Shown here piece after piece: positions 11,766 through 23,185 of a stretch of DNA of 64,000 nucleotides. Source of the stretch: Fistulifera solaris (Eukaryota). The first letter of the stretch is position 1. Every line of letters starts with the position of its first letter. Location: assembly GCA_030295235.1 (NCBI GenBank), contig AP026162.1, positions 310,001-374,000 on the forward strand, written 5' to 3'. A model generated the notes under the pieces. It had not been told where the DNA came from. It did no database searches and saw nothing but the letters and a program-made list of their open reading frames with translations. Both the position numbers and the translations under genes were made by a program.

Positions 11766-12398
11766 TTCCAGAATTTCTGGACCGTATTCAGAATTTCTGC
11801 AGGATGTGGAACACCGATGATATTCCAGAATTTCTGGAATGTACACAGAATTTCTGCAGGAGGAGAAGCACCAATTCCAGAATTTCTGGACCGTGCCCAA
11901 AATCTATGTGTGTGCGAGGCAGAATACCGAATTCCAGAATTTCTGGAACGTGCCCAAAATCTATGTGTGAGGCAAAGACCGAATTCCAGAATTTCTGGAA
12001 TGTACACAGAGTTTCTGCAGGTGGCGAAACACAAATCCAGAATTTCTGGAACGTGTCCAAAATCACTGTGTGGCGCCAAACACCGATTCCAGAATTTCTG
12101 GAATGTACACAGAATTTCTGGAGGAGGCGAAACACACAATTCCAGAATATTTCTGGAACGTGTCCATTTCACTGTGTGGCGTCAAACACCGATTCCAGAA
12201 TTTTAGGTTGGGGTGAAACGCAAATTCCAGAATTTCTGGAACGTGTCCAAATCTCTGTGTGGCGCCCAACACCGATTCCAGAATTTCAGCAATGTACACA
12301 GACTTTCTGTTTAGGGGTGAAACGCAAATTCCAGAATTTCTGGAACGTGCTCAAATCACTGTGTGGCGCCGCAAAGACCTATTCCAGAATTTCTGGAA
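11766..12398. repeat. Palindrome-core minisatellite: 13 copies of TTCCAGAATTTCTGGA(A) at ~52-bp period with two alternating linker types
   Basis: Cores start at 11766, 11823, 11875, 11932, 11984, ~12035, 12087, 12140, 12193, 12225, 12276, 12329 and 12382. Linkers are either ATGTACACAGAATTTCTGCAGG-type or ACGTGTCCAAAATCACTGTGTGGCG-type. Confidence 0.95.
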
Positions 12399-12472
12399 TA
12401 GAAAAAATGAGTTGTTGTTGATGTTGTACCAGTAGCGAATCGAGTTACCATTCTCATCAAATAAATAATGCA

Positions 12473-13464
12473 ATGGGGAAGAAAGCCCCCACGAAGAAAC
12501 CGACTTCCGACAAACGCAACGTCAAAACACCGAAAGACACTTCGTCGAACGATGGCACCAACAAACCCCGCAATCTGCTCATCACAGATGCGACGAAACC
12601 TTTATATTGACGTTTGTGGGTCGTTTCAATATTCATCACTCCTTGACGGTGCATCAAACACCCGCCGAAGAAACTTGGCCCGGTGGAGCTTTATGGGATT
12701 TGGGATTGCTCTTGTCGCACGTTTTGGTGGCCCTGTCGAACGGAGGGACCGCGCACATCAATAACAACAAAACCTGTGTACTTCCGGTGCGGTGTTCCTC
12801 GCTGGATTTACACCCCGACACTATTCTAGAACTGGGTTGTGGAGTGGGATTGACCGGATTAGCGGCAGCGGTAGCATTTCGGTCGTCTCTGACGTTGCTG
12901 ACCGATCTGGATGTTGTGGTAGACCAAGTCACGCAGCCGAATGTAACAATTAACTCGAAGCCAGGAAGCGGAGGCGATAAACGCTTTCGGAATATTCAGA
13001 CGGGGAAGATTGCGGCTTTACCTCTCTGTTGGGGAAATACCAAAGATGAGGAAGCCGTACGAAATATTTTGATCGAACATGGTCACAAAACAGCATCGTC
13101 GAAGAAACGAAGTAACAAGTCAGAGCAAGTCCGGCTTCGACCCGGAATGCCCGATTTGATCATCATTGGCGATGTGGCGTATCAGCACAAACCAGGAGCT
13201 CCTTCGCATTTTGATGTATTACTGTCGACCTTGCTCGCGTTCGCCGATCAGGATACGTGGGTTGTTTTTGGCACGCGAATACGAATGCCGGCCAGTGTGG
13301 ATCTGTTACGAATGTTGACGGAGCACTTTGACGAAGTTATAGCACCGCCATTGACAGCTGACGAGATCGATTCGCAGTTTCAAGGAGTAAAACACAACAT
13401 GTTTATACATTTTCTTCGGAAAAAGAAATTAACAAGTGAACTCGTGATACCAAATCAACATTAA
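12473..13464 (+). CDS. SAM-dependent protein-lysine methyltransferase (METTL21/Methyltransf_16-like); probable 1-bp deletion near 12607
   Basis: TWPGGALWD, motif I ILELGCGVGLTGL, LLTDL, LCWG and DLIIIGDVAY. The upstream ATG 12473 (MGKKAPTKK...) joins if one T is restored at TTATATTGACG. Confidence 0.82.
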
Positions 13465-13467
13465 CGT

Positions 13468-15343
13468 TTAATTGAACATGCGTTTGAGCTGTTGTTGCAT
13501 CCTGTTGATGGTACGTTTGTGCTTGCTGTACATACGTTGGTGTTTCATCAGCTCCCGACCACCGTCTTGTAAACACTTCATGAATTTGTTGAATTTGTCT
13601 TTATTCACATTCCCTGTCACTGTTGCATTTCCGTCATTGTTGATAGCAATGGGTACTTCGATTTCCTCCGCGGCATTGTACGGATGTACTTCAATGTCAT
13701 CCACGAGTGCTTCGGGTCTCGGATACACATGGTGTTGCACGAAATAGGCTTCCAGTTGTCCCGGTATGTGATCCAGTGCCGTCTGGAGCGATCGACAATG
13801 CACGTACCGTGCATTTTCACGACATTTCGAGTTGTGTTGTGCCACGACGGTTTCGACTCCATCAAACGTCCCGTCCCCGACTCCCACAATGACAGTCGAC
13901 AACGGCGAATCGTTCGTAACTTGTAATGCTGCGAGTGTCTTGTCCGTATCGGTGGGTCCACCATTGGTCAGCAATAGTAGAATCGAATACGCCTGTGCAT
14001 CTCCCTTTCGAAGAAAAGAAGACAGATGGTGTCAGAGTGCACTAGTTTCGATTTCGCACAACCGATCAAACCAAAGCAAACTACTTTCGTACCGGCACAT
14101 TCCGCGACTCGGTGGCGGCTTGTTGAATGACGTGGGAAAAGTCGCGTGGCGAACTCATGGCCAATCCCTGACGAAACGTATTCCGATACGCTTCCAGAAT
14201 CCCCGCAATGCCTTCGGCTTCGGTATGAATCGGAAAGCAATGTCTCAATGCACCGCTCACTTTGGCGCCAAATCCATAGACGGGGAACTTCTGGTCGGAA
14301 TCAAATTTGGCAATCATGGAACCGAGTGCGAATATGGCGGTTTCGTACGCATTTTTCCTTGGTCATCCAAATGATGCAACGATGTGACTTGTTTCGGATC
14401 CCCATTCGATGCAGTGACATCGATGGCGACCATCATCCGCAACTGACATCCACCCGAAATGTAATTGGCAAACGTTGGTTCTCGTGGTTGTTTGGGCATT
14501 GCGGACGCGGCGACAGCAATGACGGCAATGTCGGCTTCGACAGGAGGAGGATCGAGGGCCTGACCAAAGGCAGGTGGTGGTTGTTGTTGCGGTATTGGTG
14601 GGGACTGCGTAGCCCCCTCTACGTGTGCAGCCATGACAATGATTTTCCCGGCCGGTCGTCCCGCTTGTTGCAACCCAATATCGGCTTTGGTGAGCAGCTG
14701 TGAAAGTGTCAGTACCGCACTGCTGCCCATAATGACATGCTCGCCATCGTTGTTGTGATCATACACAACAATCCGAAATTGTTGATAGTCATCCCCACAT
14801 AGGGCATCGATTTCGACACAACCGGGCAACCAAACGGGTTGTAAATTGTTGTTTATGGCCGCCGATCGAAAGACGGCATCGTAATGATCCGAACTTCGTA
14901 AGCGCTGCAATTCAAAAACGGATCCGATTTATTGAACAGTCCCATGCCTTCGACATTGGGTAAATTTGTCGCGCGGAATTGAAAATGGAGTATGCCGGCC
15001 GAAGCTGTGGAAGGTGTCACATGCAAAAATACTCGTGTCGATTGATTCTTGAGTTGTTTGGCTTGTGTCCCTCCGTTGGTCCCCAAGACCGCTTGCACGT
15101 CAAAGACGGCGGCGCCCAAGGATTCTTTCTGGCTAAAGAGTGTCACTACGACGTGTGTTGTTTCACTGAGTGTAATATTGTCGAGATAGAACAATTTCGT
15201 CCAATCGGGATGAATGCTGTTGGCAAGTACTTCGGTTTGCCCCAAGAGTGTCGAAGTGCCTTGCGACGACAGTTGTGTCAATACAGCAAAGGATGTTTGC
15301 CTGCCGGGACACTTTCGGCCCAAACAGACAATTGGAGTCTCAT
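13468..15343 (-). CDS. Copine (C2-C2-VWA) paralog A; intron 14005-14092; indels near 15290, 14915 and 14350
   Basis: MRLQLSVWA..., GQTEVLANSIHPDWTK (C2A), NKSDPF...NNLQPVW...VYDHNNDGEH (C2B), VAIDVTASNGDP...SLH, FDSDQKFPVYGFGAK, PLSTVIVGVGDGTF (copine VWA). Confidence 0.85.
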
Positions 15344-15695
15344 AGTTTTGTTGGTAATGAAAGAGATGATGGATTATTTGTGATGATGATACAAACGAAT
15401 CATCATCGGCTTTGCGCTCGTTTTTGTTCCGAGTGGAAGAAAAATCTTTGCGGTATGAATACGTGTTGTTGTCACGTTAAAACCACTTCAGGAATACGTA
15501 ATACACTTGAGTATGATTATTGGATACCGGAGGACCGTTTTGGCTTCCGTTTCAAAACCGGATTGAATCTTGATTGACAATGACTTTTTTTATTGTTGCA
15601 CTTCAACAACAGAACGACGACCGTCATTTTCATCACTCTTCTTCTTCTTCTTCTTCATTCTATTATTATTAGTTCATCACTGACACACTACCACA

Positions 15696-17440
15696 ATGAA
15701 ACTCGAATTATCGTTACGAGCCGTCGATTTACAAAATGTCGCCGGTTTCATGAAAGGCACGAGCGATCCCTTTTGCGTCGTCACACAAATGTCCACCGCG
15801 ACCGGTACTCCTCCCAAGGTGTTGGGACACTCCGAAGTGATCAAAAATACATTGAGTCCGTCGTGGACCCACGTGTTTCCGTTTGACTATGAAATGGGTT
15901 CTATTATGAAACTCATTGTCACCATTTATGACGAAGAAACGAAACGTGACAACAAACCCATGGGCACGGCCTTGTTGGATGTTTCCGATGTCTTGGGCGC
16001 GCGGGGACAACGCAAAGCGGTCCAATTGCGACAAGGAGGGAAATTGTTGGCGCATCTCCGCGAACGACGCGGTACCGGCTTGTTGCGTCTGCAATTGAAA
16101 GCCAGCAAATTGAAAAATACGGAAGGATTCGGATTCCGCAACAAGAGTGATCCCTTTTTGAACTGTCACGACAAATCAATAGTGCGGCGGGTGATACGTG
16201 GGATAATGTGTATCGGAGTGAAACCAAAATGAACAATTTGGAGCCGCAATGGAATATGACCACGTTGGAACTCAGTACGTTGTGTGGAGGAGATGAGCGG
16301 TTGCCACTCAAAGTCACCATTTATGATTATGATGACGATGGCAAACATGATTACATGGGAGAGTTCGAAACCACCGTACAAGGTTTATTGACGGCCTGTA
16401 CGAATGGAGTTGAAGATCCCAGTAAAGCATTGAAAGTACAGAAACAAGGAAAAGCGGCCGGTGTGGTCTATGTGTTCCAGGCGGAGGTATCCGGAGCATC
16501 CAACCACAACAATGACGAAGTGACACCCCGCATGGCCGCCGTGTCTCTACAACCGACACCAGCAACGGTCATTCCCGCCACCGCTTCGGCCCCTTCCTTT
16601 GTCAGCTATCTCAGTGGAGGACTGGAACTCAATGTCGTCGTCGGCATTGACTTCACGGGTTCCAATGGCAATCCCCGCGAAGCCGGAACGTTGCATTATC
16701 TGGACCCTACCGGAACCACCAAGAATGATTACGAAAAAGCGATATCCTCCATATTGTCCGTCCTGTCCAAATACGATCACGACCAACAATATCCCGTTCT
16801 CGGCTTTGGCGCCAAGTACAATGGCGTCGTCAATCATTGTTTTCAATGTGGGCCCCATCCGGAAGTGGAAGGCATCGATGGAGTACTCGATGCCTACCAT
16901 CAAGTCTTTCATTCGGGCTTGATCATGAGTAGTCCGACCGACATCACGCACGTCATTCAAAAGGCGGCGGAGCGTGCGAAAGCGGCGCAACAAAAGGCGG
17001 AAGCGTCCGGGAAACAAGCGTATACCATTCTATTGATTGTCACCGACGGTGCCGTCACCGATGTGCAGGCTACGGCGGATTGTTTGGCGAGAGTTTGCGA
17101 TGCTCCGTTGTCCATTGTGATGGTCGGAGTGGGTCAGGCCGATTTTACGGCCATGCAGTTTTTGGACGACAAGTCGACCCGCCGCGATATTGCGCAGTTT
17201 GTGGAATTCAATCAACACCAAGCCAGCAGTGCTTCTCTGTCGGCGGCGACTTTGAAAGAAATTCCCGATCAAGTGGTGAGCTACTTTCAGTGGAGAGGCA
17301 TTGCACCGGGGAAGCCCATAGAAGTAGCAGAGGAAGATATAATAGTTGCAGAAGAAGAGGAGGACATTGACTTGTCGCTCGATTTTCAAGAGGGAGATAT
17401 TGTCGTCACAGGTGGTGGTACTAGGGAAATTGGATGGTAA
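15696..17440 (+). CDS. Copine (C2-C2-VWA) paralog B; indel near 16160
   Basis: SDPFCVV...HSEVIKNTLSPSW, KSDPF, NNLEPQW, YDYDDDGKHDYMG, GIDFTGSNGNP..LHY, YPVLGFGAK, LLIVTDG, PLSIVMVGVGQADF, RDIAQFVEF, LKEIPDQV. Confidence 0.92.
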
Positions 17441-17515
17441 ACGATCATGTAGGCCTAAAAGTCAAAGTCAATACTTTTTCATCGTGGCAAAGAAACGAGC
17501 AACTAATTGTTAAAC

Positions 17516-20500
17516 TTAGCGCTTTCTAGTTTTGGATTGCAATGCGGCAGCGACGTCACTACCCAAACCAAGGCCGGCCCAGATATCGACGGGATCCTCT
17601 TGAATGGGAGCCATGGCTAGCTTGCGTTCGTGTGCTACTCGAGCGATCACTTTCATTGCAGCAATGTCGTATCCAATCATATCGCGAAGCTCTCCCAATC
17701 GTTGTCGAATCAAGCGCTTCAACTCTCGCAAAGGAACTGCCAATGACTTGTTTGCGATAATCTTCGAAAAATTAAAAAAAAGGAACATTGGTGAGTTATC
17801 TTTGGAGTTCAACAAGCATTGGTAAACGAAGTGATCAAGGGGCTCGGAAATTTGGGTATAGGTTTTAAAGACTACCACCATGTCTTTGTCTGGCGAGTAA
17901 ACACTCTTCATAGCACTGCATCATGATCTAATAGCACGGAAACGTACCTGATTTTGGTGAGACTTGACCATAAAGACTGCTACTTTGGAGCAAAGTTCAA
18001 CCCCTCGTCCATTCCGCAATAAAACAATCATGTAGTAAAGAAGCCTTTCCAAGTGGCTGACGGGGAGAACAAGTAAACTTTGTTCCAGCTCGGCACTCCT
18101 AACAGTCTTTAGAACCCACAATACATAGTTCGCTGGCTCCATATTCAGCATGAGTGGATTTGGCTGCCGTGTTGCGTCAGCGCCGTGTGTTTTGCGGAAT
18201 AGTGCGATGTTTTTTGTTTCTTGATCGGCTTGCTCAAGTGCTTCCATGATACGGTCACCCGATGAAACGCTTAAAACGCTTTTCCTAACAGCGGCTTCAC
18301 TTTGCGGCTCATCATTGGAACCTGATTCTGATTCTTCATCCTCGTCGTTTCCACGCTTTCTGCTGAGAATGGCCGCAGTCCCGCCCTCGTCACGGTCGTT
18401 TACCCTATCGAACATCTGTTCCATCTCCCTTTCTCTCTCTTCCTCGATAAACACTATGTCCTTGGTACGTTCCCAAACGCGTACCTGTCGATCCATACCA
18501 CCCGAAAGCACGAATGCGCCAGTGCGACTAACTGCCAGCGAGTTTACCTCTCCAAAATGACCGTTGAGAACTAGAATTTGCTGAAAGCGATCACCGTCCC
18601 AGTATCTAAGACTGCCATCTTTGCTCGAAGTAAAGAAGTTATGTGTTCGCTTCACAAACTTTAGATCCGTAATTGAATCTTCGTGACCATGGAGAGTTCT
18701 ATGAGTGTCACCAAAGTCAAGACCAAATATTTTCACTGTCTTGTCAGCTCCGGAAGATGCTAAGATCATGTCGTCATCACTAGAATCCATGGCAAGTACG
18801 GGCAATTTATGTCCATACAGACTTAGAAAGAGCTTCAGGGAGTCATCGAAGAAAACTTTTATGGTGCAATCCAGCGTAGCAACGAAGACCAGCACCTTGG
18901 AACTGTCAACAGAGTGAGAATACCGAACAGCAATGACATCGTCCGTCATTTGCAAAGTCCGAGTATGAACCAGTATAGGTGAACTCGAATCGCCTTCTTC
19001 ATCGTCAACTTCTATTGCCCAAAACTTGACTGACTTATCAGCAGATCCCGTTACAATGGTCAGATTGGCATCAGAACCAGCGAGTTGACGAATGTCAACG
19101 CTCCAGATTGCCCCGTCATGCGCCCCTTGTTCGCAATACACTACATCGCCGGCTGCAATATCAATAAGCAAAGGTGACCCTCTCTCGTTCCGACCACAAC
19201 ATGTGTGTTTCCGGGTAAGAAAGCATTACACAAGCCATAACATGAAACAGATTTGTTTCCTGATACAATTGACGGAGAGAGCGAAAGTATGCACGATCTT
19301 GTGGCTACATTCCAGATCTTAGTCGCATTCTTGGATACTGTACAGGCTAGGCGATCATCTGAAGACAGCGCTACAGAACGAATGCCTGTGGGATGGCCGC
19401 ACATATCAATCGCTGTCGCCAGTTCTGCCTGGACTGTCAGGGGACCGTCGCTAAGAGGGAAATGTCAGTGACACGAAAGTTATGATTTCAAAGAAATCGA
19501 CGAAACACTTACGGTGATGCTCTCTTCTTGCTAATTGAATGGACCTCCAAGGTATTCGACGTTAACGCGCAAACAATTCGTACAAGGTCACCCTTTTCTC
19601 GAGTGGGCAAAAAGCGAAGCCTGCCATCTTGTGACTGGCTCGAACTGTTGCAAGATATTCAAACTCATCAGAAGCTTTCAAAAGCTCAGGATCGAGAGTT
19701 TCTTCAGGGCTTGTTTCATCGTCTTCGTCAGAAGGTTCGAGATCATCATCTAGGATGCCTCGCTTCTTCTCGGTCTTCTCAGCATTGCCTTTTCTTTTGA
19801 TCTTCTCTTGCCTTCTTCGCAGACGACGTTGTCGTTTCTTTTGACTCTCCTTCGCGCTTCTGATAGAGTAGACATCGACATTTCTGGAGTTAGCATGTAA
19901 AATAGCAACGTATCGACCAGATGGATGATTTTGAATTGACATGATCTTCTCTGCAGATGTTGCAACGTTGGGTGGTGGTATTATTTTTCCCATGTAGAAA
20001 CAGACGTCGTCTACATTTTCACCATTTTCCTTTCTATCCGTGGCTTCGCTTTTCAAATCGTTTGGTTCCTTGAGTCGATTAGGCTGTCGCACTGACCAGA
20101 CCCTGGCCTGGCCATCGCTGCCACCGGCGATCATACGACAACGTCTCTCGTCGCCTTCGGAAGCGGTCAAGTCAAAGCAAGAGGAGCCCCACACCTCACC
20201 GTGATGATTCGCGATGGTCTGGGTACAGCACTGTCCGTTCATATCCCATATTTTCACCAAACCATCCAAGCTCGAGGTCGCAAGACCGTCAAATCCAACA
20301 CCGTTCACGAACATAATATCAGTGATACCTCCACGATGCCCCCAAAAGACGAAATAATCCCGTTTCCGCAACAATGTCCCAAATAATCACGGTCCCATCG
20401 CTTCCACCTGATGCTAGTCGACTAACATTATTTCGATCGAACGAGACGCTCCTCACCGGAGACTGACCGTGACCATTGAGTAACAAAGGCTCTCGACGAA

Positions 20501-20929
20501 GAAAGTCCTCGTCGACGCCATCCTCATCAATCAATGACTGCACCATACCTAGTGATCCTTTCGACAACTCTTTTTGTACAAATCAAAGACACGGACAGCT
20601 CCGTCAACCCAGCCGGTGGCAACGCGAATTGTGTCGCTGTGAGGGGTCGCCGAAACATCTAGGCAGACAACTTCGTCACTATTTAACGCCTTGCCGGAAC
20701 CGACACCTCCACTCAATTGCTCTCTATGGCCTATCTTAATCACAGGTAGTCCTGTTTTGAGATTGATACCCTGAATAAAACTTCCCGCCGTTGTCAAAAG
20801 AAGGGGATTCTTTGATCCGTCTTCGAGAAAAACCAAATTTGAGTTCGAAGGCGGAGCCTTCGAAGAGGCCCCTGAAACAATTAAGCCGAAGCTATCCGCG
20901 CACTCGTATCTCAGATAAGTGTGATCCAT
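17516..20929 (-). CDS. UTP12: U3 snoRNP/SSU processome WD40 protein Utp12/Dip2/WDR3; introns 17762-17947 and ~19451-19512; several indels
   Basis: Starts MDHTYLRYECADSFG (Dip2/WDR3-type N-terminus). WD40 blades; FLSLYGHKLPVL.MD.S.D...LASSGADK.VKIFGLDFGD.HR.L.GHEDS; EEERERE; LEQSLLVLP Utp12 domain. Confidence 0.92.
17840..17915 (-). ncRNA. Intronic box C/D snoRNA, predicted guide for LSU rRNA 2'-O-methylation (yeast Um898-equivalent, snR40-like)
   Basis: Within the 186-nt UTP12 intron, minus strand: C-like AUGAAGA (17905-17911), D' CAGA (17889-17892), C'-like AUGGUGG (17875-17881), then UAGUCUUU-aaaa-CCUAUACCCAAAUUU and D-like CCGA (17844-17847). The guide is complementary to the conserved LSU segment AAUUUGGGUAUAGG-ggcg-AAAGACUA. 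Confidence 0.75.
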
Positions 20930-21317
20930 AGAGGATATCGTTTTAAATAGAAAGAAGTCTCTACCTGGTACCAGGTAATGGTCGTTGATGTTTTCTTTGA
21001 TCTCGTCGTCGATCCTCGCGATCCTCATTGTTTGGTGGTCCGCGGATGTGACGGATAGACAGACGGTCGTACGATGAAGCGGCGGTGCGACAAGCATTAT
21101 TGGTATTGCGCAAAGTGTACAACTTTTCAAAAGCGATGCGATTCGCGATTCCATTGCAATCCAGTCGCGCAAATGTTGAGGGATGCAGAAAACAAAACGC
21201 AAACACGTCACATTTTCAGCTGACAGAACCTCATCTGCCTCACACTTCTGTCTTTTCCCTTCCACATCGAAGGCAAATTGAAGACACTATTATGATCAAA
21301 CTTTAACAGCAGCTAGA

Positions 21318-22106
21318 ATGAAGCAAATAAACAGAGTGGTATGCGGGTTTCATCTCGCCTTATTGCTATCTACTGTCGCTTGGGGCTTTTCAGTTTCTCG
21401 CACATTAAATTCTTGCAAAGCCAAATCAACCCTCGTGATGTTCGACAAGAACAGTGGTGATTTCGACAGCTCAAATGAAACTACTGTAGTCACAAAAGAA
21501 ATGTTTCTACGTGAATTGCTGAGAGATCCTAACGAAGATGATGACGATGAAGAAGACGGTGATATTGGCTCGAAAGACGTCACCGTGAAACGGAAATACA
21601 AGAAGGGGCGAAGCGGAAGCCATAAGCCGTACAAGGTTCTCGATAACCGCGATACATTGCCCTTTGCTGTTGAAGTTGCTACTCCAGATCCTTACACACA
21701 CCCTGAAGTGAAGAAGCAGCGAGCTCTTACTAATTCTGCTACCCAAAGAAAGCGTCACGATTCTATAGAATCATCGGTATCGAGTTCTCTTTTCGTTCAG
21801 TCTAATACGAAAGGGTCGAAGAAAGAAAGAAACGGATCCGAAGCGTCCAGCGACGACACTAAAACTTGGCTTGGTGACTTTCAACTCGATAAGCTTACAA
21901 CAACAGGCGATGTACTGGAGATTGGTGATCGACAATTCAAGGTCGTAAAACACAAATGCCAGTACAAGTATGCGGGCGGCAAGCGTTTTGTCATGACGAG
22001 AAAAATTCTAGAGGTGAAAGAAATCGGTCGGCTGAAAACCGAAGAGTACTTGCAAGCACAATTTAAGGCTGGAAGTGATTCGGAGGACTTCATTGAGTCA
22101 TTATAG
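21318..22106 (+). CDS. Probable plastid-targeted hypothetical protein; C-terminal region resembles cyanobacterial DUF6464-type proteins
   Basis: Signal peptide ending VAWG-F followed by an S/R/K-rich transit peptide. C-terminal LGDFQLD...GDVLEIGDRQFKVVKHKCQYKYAGGKRFVMTRKILEVK. The family resemblance is from memory only. Confidence 0.6.
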   Translation: MKQINRVVCGFHLALLLSTVAWGFSVSRTLNSCKAKSTLVMFDKNSGDFDSSNETTVVTKEMFLRELLRDPNEDDDDEEDGDIGSKDVTVKRKYKKGRSGSHKPYKVLDNRDTLPFAVEVATPDPYTHPEVKKQRALTNSATQRKRHDSIESSVSSSLFVQSNTKGSKKERNGSEASSDDTKTWLGDFQLDKLTTTGDVLEIGDRQFKVVKHKCQYKYAGGKRFVMTRKILEVKEIGRLKTEEYLQAQFKAGSDSEDFIESL

Positions 22107-22474
22107 CGGGGGAAATTAACGGTATGCTGTTTACAATCACAGCGTAGATGCTCCAGGGCAAAGGAAGGCGGAACTAATGTCTATGCAGCAAGCATTTAAG
22201 CAGCGTTGGCGTTTACGAAGCTCACCGAATTTAATGCCACATAGTTTGCCACGAGTACACAGTTTGCACACCGCATCTGTGCTCTGAAGCTATAAATCAT
22301 AAATCTATCTGCAGTTCATACTACATCAAAGAGAGCTAGTTACTTTTATGCTGCAAGGTTTAATTATTTCGTGATGTTGACATGATCCATGTGGATGATG
22401 AGTGTACATAATCAACAAATGTTATAAGTGCGTGTGGGTTGCGAAACAAAAACGGTCTCTTCATTCTCGAGTTA

Positions 22475-23185
22475 TTACGACAGCTCCATGGAAGTAGCTC
22501 CCTTGCGCATTTTCAGAGCGTTCGCAAGTTGAGGTACAGCGGGCTGTTTGTTTTCGTGCTGGCTTGGCGAAGCAGCAAAGATCGGCATGGGAGGTGGAGG
22601 ATCCGAGCTTATCGACTTGGCCCACAAATGACGCGATGATTCCAGCTTAGAGTCATTGGAGTGACAGAATTGCTGTGCATATCTCGCAGCACCAGCGTTC
22701 ACCAAGTTTCGGTTTTGAAGAGGGCTGAAAAAGGGCTGCAAAACAGGAACGCGCTGTGCTCCCATGACAGGCCTGCTGCCGTCATCTTCGTCCACAATCG
22801 AGAGATCCGGAGAGTCTGGAATGAGGGGTGCGTCCATCATAACTGGAGTATCGAACCGACGATAAAGATCGTAGAGCTCCCTGCTCGTGAAATCGTGCTT
22901 GCCTTCAGGTAGAGTGAGTATAGGTTTTCCGACGTTCTCTGGAGTTTTCAATGCAGACAAGTCAGGTGGCGGCTGTAACGAAAGACGAGATACTTGCTCC
23001 AGTATGTTTGACAGTCCTTCGCCATTCCTTTGATAAAGCAATGATCGATCAAAGGATTCTGAGCGGCCGTGAGAAGTTGCCTCCGAGCCATCGATTGCAA
23101 ACTGCATGCTGGCCCAAGACGCACATGAATCGCTCCTGCACTTTTGCTGGTCAGCTGTATTCGATAGAAAGCTTCGATTGCTCAT
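22475..23185 (-). CDS. Hypothetical Ser/Pro-rich protein
   Basis: Open frame of ~236 codons from ATG 23185 (MSNRSF...); no recognisable motif. Confidence 0.5.
   Translation of the reverse strand: MSNRSFLSNTADQQKCRSDSCASWASMQFAIDGSEATSHGRSESFDRSLLYQRNGEGLSNILEQVSRLSLQPPPDLSALKTPENVGKPILTLPEGKHDFTSRELYDLYRRFDTPVMMDAPLIPDSPDLSIVDEDDGSRPVMGAQRVPVLQPFFSPLQNRNLVNAGAARYAQQFCHSNDSKLESSRHLWAKSISSDPPPPMPIFAASPSQHENKQPAVPQLANALKMRKGATSMELS

Noticed and set aside
11766..12398. CRISPR array or TIGR-like guide array (palindromic repeat + ~35-nt spacers)
   Set aside because: The spacers are not unique but fall into two mutually similar classes. The repeat is only 16-17 bp, there is no cas/Tas gene in the window (NOP2 is an m5C methyltransferase, not a Nop-domain protein), and the context is eukaryotic nuclear DNA.
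11711..12421. 236-aa, 157-aa, 147-aa and 115-aa ORFs over the palindrome array
   Set aside because: They are open on both strands and in several frames simply because the repeat is poor in stop codons. The peptides (PEFLE/QNFWN/SRISG) are the three readings of one DNA motif, and the period is not a multiple of 3.
20930..21265. N-terminal extension of UTP12 in the 238-aa ORF
   Set aside because: Family similarity begins at MDHTYLRYE (ATG 20929); the upstream frame lies in the divergent promoter region.
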